DNA of 62,889 nucleotides, counting the filler, from Sphacelaria rigidula (Eukaryota), in NCBI GenBank assembly GCA_964200075.2. It is 3 parts of 3 records of this genome, joined end to end, with 100 filler letters (N's around TTAATTAATTAA, not from the genome) between each part and the next. Parts side by side here need not be neighbours in the genome. Positions count along the whole stretch, not along the records: positions 1 to 20,908 come from CAXNAA020000480.1; 2 more parts are not named here. The stretch is one strand, 5' to 3'. A model generated the notes under the pieces. It was given only the letters and a program-made list of their open reading frames with translations. It was not told the origin of the DNA and made no database searches. Both the position numbers and the translations under genes were made by a program. How positions within the stretch are numbered: position 1 is the stretch's first letter; each line of letters opens with the position of its first letter. This document shows, in pieces, positions 1 through 12,200 of this stretch.

Positions 1-263
1 CCTGCCCCCTCGCGTGGAAAGGGTGGCTGGTGCCGTTGTCGAACGACAAGGCCCAACCACCAATGCCCCCCCCCCCCCCCTTCCCCCCCCCCCTCCGTGC
101 GATGACTAAGGCAAGCAACAAATGAGTACGCCCCCCCCCTCCGTGCGCGCGGATGCGCCTCCTTCTACATGCATACAAGTGGTGCTCGTTACTGCACCAT
201 ACTACATCTGTTTCCAACGACGTTTGTGAGGGTGGAGACCACGAGTTTTGAGCAACCATCATT

Positions 264-3200
264 TTAAGAATCGGAGCTGAGGATTGTATGGTCGCAGAGC
301 GCGCTGACCGCGCCCCTGTACATCTCGTCATCATCGTCATCAGGCGTGTTGTGTACCACCTGCGAAGTACACAATACACGCAATACGCGATACATGTTGA
401 ACGGGCAAAAATACTACGAAACAGTACATCACGCTTTCGTTCACGTTCTTCTACGAAAACCTCGGGCGAGGGAGGGCAAGGATTCAGCGAGTGTGGAATG
501 AAGAGGTGATAGCTCTCAACACATAGCTCCACATGGGAACATGTTTACTGGAGGGCTAGGGGCCATCATCGCCTAATCGTGCCATGCATGCGGGTACGCC
601 TATTTCGCTGTTTGGGTTGATCATGCTGTCCGCTTTTTAACGTTGCGAAACTATGGGTAACCAGATTCATGCAATCGCGTAAGCTATTCACGTGTGAAAC
701 CCAGCATTGACCATTATCACGTCATTCGACACCACGAGACGAACCATCATACATTCCCATCTGCAGAGGGCAGCCACAGCGTACCGCACGGACCAAGGAC
801 TCCCAATACAGACAAAGAGTATGTGCACATTTGGTTCGCTTGATGAGGCACGTGCATGACATTTTGAACACATTGAACGTGTGAATGGCGGTCTATATCC
901 TCTTAGGGATCCAACGCTCATCGTCGATTTCTGGGCGACGACTGAAATTCACCAAAGCTTTTTGAACGGGGAAGAGGAGAGGGGGGTCACGTTAGTGTTT
1001 AGCTAGCCATACTGCCGCTCAACTTTGAATCGGTACTCAGCTACTTCGCTACGTTCACAACGACAAAGCTAGGAGCTGGAAGAAGGAGTTTGATCAACTC
1101 GCTCCGTGAACGTTTAATACAACCAATCAAATAATTGCCCATCGCTTCACTCCAAGGGCGAGACATGATGCTTTACCTTGGACACGAGAAATTCATTTCT
1201 AGCTAGCTGGATGCCCACATCCTCGGGGGAGTCTGGGATCGCCGCTTCCAGGCCGTATTTGAACAGCAGCATGCCGTGTTCAATGCCAAGAAAGATCCAT
1301 ACCTGAACATGATCGATGAGATTTGCAAAGTTTACAGCTCAAACTGGGTCACACCAATGACACTGTCGGGTACAAGCGATTATGATCTCATCAACCGGTG
1401 GGACTTGAGAGGTGTGGGCTACTACTCAATACCTGGACAAATCTCACCCGTGTATGGCGGCTGAGTCGAGAGAATCCTGCCCTGTATGCATACATCTTAA
1501 TCAACGTACCATGTTGCCTGTGCTGTTTCCGCGAATACGTTTGGTAGGCTGCAAGAAAAATGGGGCAACTATACATCGCGAGTGCTGCTTCTTTCTTCAA
1601 ATAACTGGCCGGCATTGACAAGATTGGTGTTGCAGCAATTTCCTAACTATTACTCCGAGTACTACAGAGTATACAGCAGCGTGTCCTCACCCTGGTCACT
1701 GAGCTCTGGTCGTCAAAAAGCTCGCTGGTGAAGGCCACAATGGCGCTGTTGGTCACCACCGCTACGTGAGACATGATGTCTAGAATGTGGTACCACGTGC
1801 CGATATCCTCCGCTCCCCGTGGCTCGGGTCTTCGGGACACCTTCGTATCATGGCGTGGTAGAGATGTAGGCTATTTATGCGCGGTCGGCAGTAGCAGCAC
1901 CCATTTTTCGGTTTCGGCCGGTTGCTTGTCAGGGTCGGCTCCAGCGGCCACTGGCTTTTCTTCATATCAAGCGATGTATAGGTGTGTGTCGGCATGGTTG
2001 TTGCATACGTTGTGAAGTAGTAGGTCAAGCAGGCGCGAGTAGCATGCCTTGAAGCGCGCCCACGGCGACAATACACTATGCACATCTATCAGCACAAGAA
2101 CCTTGAAACGCCGCATGCAGCTTTCATGTGGACAATGTGCAAACGGAACAACCTTGGAAGTGTTGTGCGCGTCGTTTTCTGCTGCGTCGTTTCGTCGACG
2201 TCTCCCAGGTGTTCGCACAAACAGCAAGTGCTCGCTGAAATTCAATACCCTGGTATATATATATGATTTTTCAGCATTAAATCTGGGCTAGGAAGGCCTC
2301 CACACGGGCTCAAGTTTTTGGCGGTAATGAGCGACCTAACGTGCCGGTATCGTTCAGTCACTGAGATAGTGTCGGATTCAAAAATTTCATCGTTGATGGA
2401 AGCATGAGATTGATTGACGTTGACAACAATATATGCTTTAACAAACTTGGAAACAGGTGGAATTACGCAAAGTACCCCTACATTGATTCTCAGACGCATA
2501 TAAGGTATGACATGTCTATTCTTTGACACCGCTTTCGTACGCATCATAACTTAGTTCAGGGGAAGTCTCCAGAGTCATGCCACGGTAGGGGTGCACTTAT
2601 TTGGCCCAAATATTTCTGATACCGGGGCTCCTAAACTTAGAAGTCGCCAGGAGCATTAGCCAGGGTGTATCCGTTGCGAAATGAACGTCAGAACATATCT
2701 TGCCCGTTGGGTTACTAGTCATACGGGGTAAGCACACTCTACACAAGTCATTTTTTGGATGACGCACCGGGCTCCCGCCGACATAATTGTGAAATCTCTT
2801 CAGCACTCTTCTCGTGGCATCACTCGCTAAAGAAAATGGGCGACTCGCTGTAGAACGTGTGCTTGGTTTCTGGACTCACCGAGATCTTATTTGGGTACAG
2901 CTTATATAGTGAGACAACAATAGATATCAAATGTCGCTGAGAGGGGGGGCTTGGCTGCCGGACGTGTTTACCGACCGTGCTGCAGTACCTGGCAAAGCTT
3001 CCAGGCATCTATCCGTATCTCGATGTAGTTGTTCACCAGCGCCAGTAAGCAAGACAGCGGGTACGCCGCCACGAATAGAGTTGCGTAGCCAAACTGGACG
3101 GCGTTGTCAGCAGAAACCAACGAGGAAATATCACAGTTAGGCGTTGAACGAGAGAGCGGCGGGGGGCAGGGTTCTACAACACCCTCGCCCCCGCCTAGTC

Positions 3201-6200
3201 CATTAGTTCATCGTCTTCGTTCCAGTTCGTAGGCGATTTGTAGAGCAAACTAGTAGAGTAAGGTGAATTGCCTCACATCCCGCCTTGTAAAGATCGCGAT
3301 TTTGACCCCCTCTATCATCGGAGGGCTCAATTTTAAACGTCGCCTCAAGGTGCACCGGAAAGCTTTGGGTTGATCTCAGGTACAAGCCTGGGTTGCAACA
3401 TAAGTTGACCCGGATAGCACAAAAGGTATGTTGTATCGCTGGTGCGCTGGATATCACCCCCACCCACCCCTCCTGAATAACACCCCTGGCTGGCCATTTT
3501 AGGCCATCTTTCGGTATCATTGTTGATTAATTCAATTAGTTTCTCACGTTACTCTTCCTCGAGTTTCCCTCATCTACTGGCTTCCGTTTGGTTTTCCTTG
3601 GGTACGTTACGTCTGTCTTGTATCTATTGACCACGACTGGATTCTCCGGGGATCAGCGAATGTGCGACAATCAATACCGTCACCTGTCCAAGGAATTGGC
3701 GCGTAGGTACGTGCATGCGCGTGTGCTCACTGCGCTCGTGCTTGCTTCGTGAGCGTTCAGTATTCAGTGTCGTGTCTATGCGCGTGATACTTTCTACGAT
3801 ACCCCCCCCCCCCAAAACCAGCCAAAAGTGTCACGAAAAAGATGGCCATACGGCGCCTGATATTTGGGTTCAGGCTGCATGAAGCGCCTCATATTGGCGA
3901 CATTGGCTGGAACACACCCAAGCGTGGGAATTCCCAGCTGCTCGTTGTGCGCGGCTTTTCCCACTTCGATTTACGCAAAGATTTTGCCTCCGAAAACCAT
4001 GCACGTTTTCGGGGGGGCTATCGCAGAAAGTGCCGCGTCATGGTTGTGTATTGCGTGTCGTAGAGTGACTTCTCCGTCGACCGCGCGTTCTTTTTGTCTA
4101 GGAAAGAAGGGACGTTCGAAACACGAACAATGCAAAAGCACACGCACACAACGAGAGGATACACAGACGCGGATACATATACATATGGACACACTCGCAC
4201 GCCATCATAGTACCTGCACCCCTGAAAGACGGCCAACGTTTGTGTTGTAGCACTTTGAACCTCCCCCCTTCCTCGGGACGAGCCTGTGGTCCCAAGAGAT
4301 CAACCCATCTCTCCTCGGCACATGCTCTACATTTTGAACTCGCAGATTGGGTCAGTACTTACTCCGCACCGCGTCAACTCCAGTCATATAAACTCAGTCA
4401 ACTACTTTTTTCCCTTTACTCTCGTACTCACACCTTCGACGGTGGAAATCAGACACTTCGAAGGGAAACTCAACGCATCGAGACTCGAACCCACCTCCTC
4501 TTCACCCTAGTGGTGACATTTGGACCTTTTTAACTTACACCACCGGGGCGCGGCGGCCAGGCATTATTATCTTGTAAATGCTGTAACTGTTGGTGGATGG
4601 GCCCACGACACCCGTACACATAATCGGCTCGGTGGTGAGAATCATGCTACAATAGTAAGAAGCTTTGGCTGAACTCGTTTGATTGAGTAAGAAGTAAGGC
4701 CTGAGAAACCGAGCCTACATGTTGGCCCCATACGAATTCCTAGATAAAAGAGTATTTGCGAAAGCATGCATTGATTTGTCAAATCCGTATTTCTCCTTCA
4801 TAGACGACTAGTGAGCTCCTCGACGCGAACCCTGTTGTATTTGAAGTGATGCCAACTGACAGTGGGGATCACATCATTGTTCAAGACAAGTGGAATATCG
4901 CGCGTCTTTTTACCTTTCGAATCACAATATTTTGATTTCCATGGTCACGGCTGACATCCGTTTAATGGGCTCCAAGATGACAAGCTGGCTAATCAGCGAA
5001 AAAAAAAGTCGACAAAGCATGAAATACTTCAAGGTTGTGTTCTGCTTAGATAGGGTTTTGGTTGATTGATTGATTGATTGATTGATTGATTATCTCACAT
5101 TAGCTGATTGCAACTGTCCAGCCCACGGTTAGGAGCAACAAACAAAAAACAGGATACTAAAAGACAAAAGAAGGGAAGAAACAGAAACAGACAGAAGCAA
5201 CGGTCGTAAAAAGGAAAGAAGAAAGGAAGCAACGATAACAACAGAAACAACACCACCACCAGCAACAACGACGAAAAACAAAAGCATGAACACACAACAA
5301 CAGCAAAAACAACAAATAACAACAAACAAACACAAACACAAACACAAACAACAAGATGATTATCTCGCATTACGTAGCTGGTTGCAACACTGCAGCTGGT
5401 GATCAGAAAACAAAGGAGAAAAATGAAAGAAAATGCCCGGAAGTTAGGGAATTTTGGTTGGCTTCTTAAACCACACCAAAATGTGTACTGAACATTCTGG
5501 TATTGTTCGCCAGGGTATCGATCCCTGTTCCGAACACTGCCGTATGGTTCGGAAGGGTATGTTTCGACAAGATGCCTATTGCATCAATCTTCTGCAAATA
5601 CCCTATTCACGGTTTGAGCCGGTGTACCCGACAGGATACAACCTTGTTTATTCCATTCAAAAGTTGTGGGGCATATAATTTTCATATTCCCGGTGACGCT
5701 ACAAGCAAGGGTTGAACCTTGGTCCGAAACAACGTTTTTCAGCTGCAGGCCGTTTCTGTAGTACGAAGTGCAGCTCACCATACCTGAATGGTCAGCTCTG
5801 CGTAGTCTTTGAAGGTCCCCAGCATGACATCATAGGTCTCCTTCATAAATTCCTGCTCCGGTCCGCTGAATTCCCTTTCGGGGTCCGCTCCCGTCTTTTT
5901 CTCCCCCTGCCGCTTCCGTGTCTTCAACGAAACGTCATCGTGTGGAGATAACGAATTCAAATGACGAAAGTTGCAAGACGTGAAAAAACTGTTAAAACGC
6001 TCGAAAGTGCATGATGAATGAATATGTACACGAAAAATTGTGTGCACATGTATGCGAAACACGTAAGAAAATAATAATTTTGGAACAAAAATGAAAACGA
6101 TGAAAACAGTAAAGAACATATCCAACCGCGAAACAAACCATCGTAACCGTGATGAACGACGTGAAAGCAACGACGTCGTGGAAGAATCAGTAAGAACAGC

Positions 6201-9200
6201 GAAGCTATGAGGAAACGTGAAAAAACGTGGACTTCGAATACATGATGAAACGCATGTGAACACTAGGGGGATTTTCGAAAACATGGCCAGCACATACGAA
6301 CGAGAAAATAGCAACAGAGAGCAGGTGGGGAACATGGAATTCTAAAGATGTTGTGAAACGTCCATCTGAGTAGACCGAAACAAATTCCAAGTAAGCGGAG
6401 GAGGACGGGATAGCATAGGTGTGGGGTACATCAACCGATTTTCCTATTCTGTTCGAGCGCTTTTTTGCACCCTGTGACTGTTTTGACGGCAGTTTGTTCA
6501 AATAGAAACTCGGTTGTCGTGGATTTGCAGTGTTCGGTATACAAATGCAACATCTGTGTGCTAGAGTTTCTGCCCAAATAGTGTGGGCCTGAGATACCTC
6601 AGTCGGGTGCTCGCCTGATACCTGAGTCACAATCGGATTCTAACGCCATGTTTAGTTTTGTTGAGTGCGTTTTAGTTTTGTACGGAGTATATTTTTGTTT
6701 CTCGTACGATCTCCTTACCTGAAATCCTGCGAAAGTGGCCCGCCGTTTTTGTTTATATTTTTCGCGGGGTCGGAACTAGACGTTAGCCTGCTGTTTTTTT
6801 TCTTTCACAGTCTACTCTGGTCTGCTCTCTTCTCGTTCAGCATATTTCCCCTCTCTCTACTACTTTTTAGCGTATTCTCCCAACCATTTACCTCGGTTCC
6901 GTCCACTGGATTCGTAGTGAACCAGTTACTTACTACGAACGTTCGACAACCATTCAAATGAATCGGACTAATCAATGGTTACAACTAGCTCACGTACACC
7001 ACAGGGGCTATAAACTAACGTTTATGCGTTCAGCTGCACCTTCAATATTGGGATCGCTACTTCCGCTATATTTCCAACCACCAGCCGTGTCAGGAACACC
7101 GTACCCAAGTTGGTGCTTAGCTCGTCCATGCACGACACGGGGCATCTGCAGGCAGAAAAGGCGGCATAGGTTGTGTTTTACTCTAATTGCAGGCAATTCG
7201 AACGACAAGATGCTGAAGAGCGCAGTGACACTGCTCATCCCGTGCGCGATGGGAAGCGTACGCATGTGAAATGTAGTGGGTGTTATATAGCCTATACCTC
7301 AACCTTGTCAAGGTAAATAACGAGCACGCATTCATCTAGACACGAACGAGGGAATTCACAGACCACGCAAAAAGTTGCAAGTGTCAGCCAAAAAAGATGA
7401 AAGCGATATATAGTGCACAGATGTTACAATTAGATACGAGATGCATGCGAGAACAGGTTCCTTATATACCCAGAAAAAACTAGCGATAGGGGACGACGAC
7501 ACTACAGGTACTCCACTCCAAGATTTCATGGGTATTTTCCGAATTCAGTACCCCAGAGCATCCGGTGCATCGATTGCCGCGTATACTGGCCTGTCAGACT
7601 ACCTGAAGGATCACCTGCCAACAATACTGAGTATTCTAAAGCACCTGGAATGTATCACCTCAACTTACTTATACAAGTACCTTACCCTATCCCCAAGCAT
7701 CTGTGCAGTGCTTATCGTCTTCGGAACGGTGACCATCAGTCTAGTGAAGCTCCACCGTTTCAATCGGAACGTCCCTCGTACACGTTTTCCCACTCCTCGA
7801 CGAGGACTTCCATTGTACACCTTACGTCGTCGTGAATTATCTATCCGGTTGTTTACGAGCTTTTTCGTCTCGAATCAACCTGATAAAATTTGGTAGATAT
7901 GTGATGTCAAGTCGGTACGCTGTCTTGAATGTTCAGGTCACAGACGCGCTTGGGTGCGGCCACGATGAGATCTCCACAACGGAGAGCAGACTCTCGAAGG
8001 CCATAGGAGAGCTGACTATTCCAGCACACCGCGAGTATGGGAAGTATTCGGTATAAAAGAAAGTTTGCAGTACTCAGCGGTGCATCTGGAGTGTCGATTG
8101 CCAAATTTGTTGAGTATCGCGGACTACCTAGAGTGTGTGTTGCCGTCCCATTTATTCTGAGCGCCAGTCTACCCCTTTTGGGATATGTGGGCGCATCAGC
8201 TGGGGTCACACAGGAGTAAGGTCAACACAATAGCGTTTTTCTGTTTTACTTGTTTTTAATACCCCACCTTGCTTCTGCGGTGCTTGCCTTTCTTTTTTAT
8301 CGCGAGAGGGGTTCAGCGGTCCCTTTCCCTCGTCGACTGTCGAGTTGATTTTGTGTACCCACGACACAGTCGCTCTCCACTGTTGGACATGGTGTAAGAA
8401 AAAACCCCAGATCGCTCCGGGAATCGAACCCCACAACTCAACCATCAGAAGGTTACGAGGTCAACAACTGAGCCACTGGGGCGACCGGCTGGAGTATCAA
8501 TTATTGAATACACCGTGTATCTTCAAGTACCTGGAGTATCGACTGCCGAATCTATGGAATAATCCAGAGGATCTGGAGGCTCGCGTGTCGAATATACTAG
8601 GTCTTTTGGAGTACCCGGTGTATCGCCTGGCGCAAGTAATTGAGAGTGCAGAGTGCTTGATTAAAGTATCGGCGCCTTAATCTAGTTGTACTCGTACTCT
8701 ACCTTATCCTAAGCATTTTCGACATATTCCCTGGCACACCACATAACGAAACAGTGTAGTCTCATCATGTAAAAAGACGCACAAACCGTCACAGCAATGT
8801 CAGAGCATGTCAGCTCGATTCCGTCCTTCTCCCTTTTGCTTTCTCGCGCCAGTCGGCGTATTGTTCCACTTTCAGCTAAGCTTATGGAGGTTTTCCTTGC
8901 TGACGATCGTGTGCAGAGACGACGCTTGTTCGATAATTACGCTACCCGTGGTGTAGACGCTCCTCCAACCCAACACGGGCATAGATGTTGCCGAGGACGA
9001 GTTGGGTATATATTTTTTCCATACCAGTTGTTATATTGTTCCTTTGGCTTGCAACATCATCGGTGTTCCCAAGCTCTGTTTGCTGGTCGTGTTCTTTTTC
9101 GTGTCTGTTTTCAATCATCCTTTTTTTCCCCTTTTTTTATTTCCTGATTTTGTCTTCTCCATTTCCCTGTTTTTTGTATCATTCTATCCTTTGCTCCGTG

Positions 9201-12200
9201 TTTTAGTTTCGGCGTGTCGACTTCGTACTTGGGTCTCGCTGCTACGCAGCTGGAGGGTGCGAGCTCCTGCCCATATTGTGTACGCTCCCGATCGGGAAAT
9301 CGTCACCTGCCCCAACGGAGTTGTTTTTTCCGTACCTATCGCTTCCTTACCGCAAGCCATGCAGTAGGGCTACGTTGGCGTTTCCTCGAGACCTGTATCA
9401 GACCAATCTTTTCCACGCTCTTAATTGTCTTTTCTTTTTCAGCGTATCCTTTTAATTTTTCCTTTCGCTTCTTACCTTACCCCTTGCTTGACTGTCTGTT
9501 CACGAGTTTCCGTTCATTCAACACGATTACGGTACCTCTATCTTACGACCACGCCTAGATTCGCGGCGGATCAGGTCATCTAATATCAATGTGCGACAAC
9601 CAATCCGTCAGATCTAAGGTGTATGCGTATGCGCATGTGTACTGTGTTTTGTGACAGGCGACACGGTACGGTACTATTCACAGATGCACCAGAAGACTGG
9701 AGATATCTAGTTGATGATCCAGCCGTATTAACAAAGGTGATGACGAATAGTTGCAGGTCGCCTAGCATTTTTATTAGTACATTTCAGTTTCAGACGATGG
9801 CCGAATCGAGTTGCTGGTTGTACTTTTACCATTTATTCTCGGGGGACGACGTCTACATGACCATCGATGATTATGTAATGAGGCCGCTCTTGCATTCCCC
9901 GGGTTCGTCTCTCGGTGTATGTGTGACTCACCCATGCCCCAGCGGTTCCTTGATGAAGGCGATGTAAACTAGAGAAGCGTACGAGTTGACGAACTGAAAC
10001 ATGAACGTTTTGCCGATTAGGTTGTCCTCGTAGGCTGTGTCCGTTCGATGGTTTTCCTGAGGTGCAGTACGGTTCATAAAAGCAAAAAAGAAGTGAAGAG
10101 ATTGTTCTGTTCAAGCGACTATTATCAACATGCTGCCATGACCCGCCTACAGGTGTGGGTAGATGGGTTGGTTGATCGATTGACTACTTGTGTCGCACAT
10201 CAGCTGACCCGCAACGAATGTATATCACGAGAATATGAACGCTTTAGAGGTATGTACGAGGAAACAGGATCTAGCTGAAGAAAACTGGGGGAAAAGATGA
10301 AAGCAGGGGAAGGGAAGGAGAAGAAAGACAACAAATAAGCGGGCAGAGGCACTGGGTGTATTTTTAGTACGGGTCCCGAGGAAACCCTCGGCATGCCCTT
10401 ACCACGGTTGAGGTCACTAGGTAGAGCAAAACGCGAGGCCTTGAAAGAAATTTTCGACTCAGCTGTGTGCCTTAAATATCTTACAAGATGGAATTTTAGC
10501 ACCCGGTTTTGTCGATCGTGTTCCCGTCCAAACCCCCGAAGGAGAGGGCGGACCAGAAGAAAGCAAAAGCACGCACACTTCAGAGAATGTCCGTAGTGCT
10601 AAACTGTTTTTATCACTGAATCAGTAGTGTGGGGGGAAATGTACTGCTTTTTCACGCTGCCATAGGGTCAAAGCGGTGTCAACTGTTTGAGTGGATTCCG
10701 TAAGTCGGTCGGATCCAGATTGGCGTGCTTAGCGTCGTTCGAAGACGTGCAGACGAGAGGGACTGAAAATGAGGAAAAACGAGCTACGGGAATGCTGGTA
10801 TAAAAGTCAATTGTCAGGTGTAAGGCGAGCACATTCCGAGGGGGGAGACAAGAGATACGAGAAAAAGCTGCCTCATCCCTTGACATTACGGGATCGTCCG
10901 CAGAAATGGGGACGGGATTCGAACCCCGACAAACAGAAACGAATCGAGGAGAATCTCGCTGTGTAGTTCACAGTGGGGTGCGGGCACGTGTTTGTATTGA
11001 CGTGCAACGTCCACCTGGAACATGGATGTGCATCTGGGATATTCACCTGGGCATCATATCCATCTGGATTATCCATCCGAAATATCCATCTAGCATACCT
11101 ATTTAGCATGTCATATATGTGTAGGGCGTTCATTTAAGATATCCATCTGAGAAATCCATGGTCACCATAGTGTACCTGACACCCTCTTTATCGGAACCGC
11201 AAGCAAACGAGAGTATCGGAAGCACGTTCCAGACGGAGGATGATGTCCGGAATGATGCTCCACACGCGATTTCAAGTCCCCCAAAATCTCAGATGGGCAC
11301 CCCAGCCACACATGGAGAGTGAACATGAAAATCCCAAATGAAGACTGTCCCGCAAACAAGTCCCATTGCACCCCGACACCCTAGGCATCTACGCAAGTTG
11401 AAGGTCCTAGAGAGATATCCGTACCCTAGGTGGGCATTCATCTGAGGTTTCCTAGGTCAAGATAGAGATGTCATACGGGTTTGACATGCCAGACGGACAT
11501 TTCAGCTAGAGGTACCACATGGATACCCTATGCCAGATTGATCTCAGTGATAGCCCGAAGTGGACAACCCAGACGGGTACTCGATATGGACATCGCCATT
11601 CCAGATGAATATTCTAGGCGGATGTTCGTATCCCAGATGGGTACCCTAGATGGGTGCTTCGTATGATATCTGAGACGGATATCTTAGACGGGCGTTGCAC
11701 AACAAAGCAGGCTTCCGGTGCGGAAAAACCAAAGGCGGAGAGGGGCAGAGTGTTTATGAAAGAAGGATGCCAACATAGAAGGGGTAGTTGAGGTCTAATA
11801 TAGCGGAACGTTCGGGTCACCCGACTGAATGGTTTGAGTGGGCAACGTGTGTACATGTATGTACACATTCAGTGACTTCTGTTGGAGTGAAACGTGTTGG
11901 ACTTGGTGACTATGTCCTCGAACGAAGCCGTGTCTGTTGTCTGGTTCTCCTGTAGAGTAAGGAGGCTTATCGTTGAGGTCAACGCACACGAGAAAATCAA
12001 CTGTTCGACCATATTTCTCGGGGGAAATGTAATTACTCCGTCCTTCTCTCCGTAAAACCGAACTCATTGCCAGCACGCAAGCGTATGCCCAGGAGATAAA
12101 GTAACATCGGGTGTGATTTATTGTTAGTAATACATTAATCCCTGAACAGCAACAGATAGTGGCCATTTCGCGGTGAAGGTTAGGTATAGGGATAAGGATA

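Noticed and set aside
5095-5370. Hydrophobic membrane-protein-like ORFs (similar ones at 6665-6961, 8985-9558, 60914-61156)
   Set aside because: Translations of low-complexity T-rich strands.
5922-6335. Upstream part of the 186-aa ORF 5775-6335
   Set aside because: Low-complexity intron sequence in frame with the true exon 5784-5921.
8399-8490. Functional tRNA gene
   Set aside because: No convincing cloverleaf or acceptor stem, and decayed relatives occur elsewhere in the window, which indicates a SINE.
7500-8725. Spaced short repeats as a possible CRISPR-like array
   Set aside because: Units are degenerate and irregular, with no constant repeat/spacer structure, in a eukaryotic intron.
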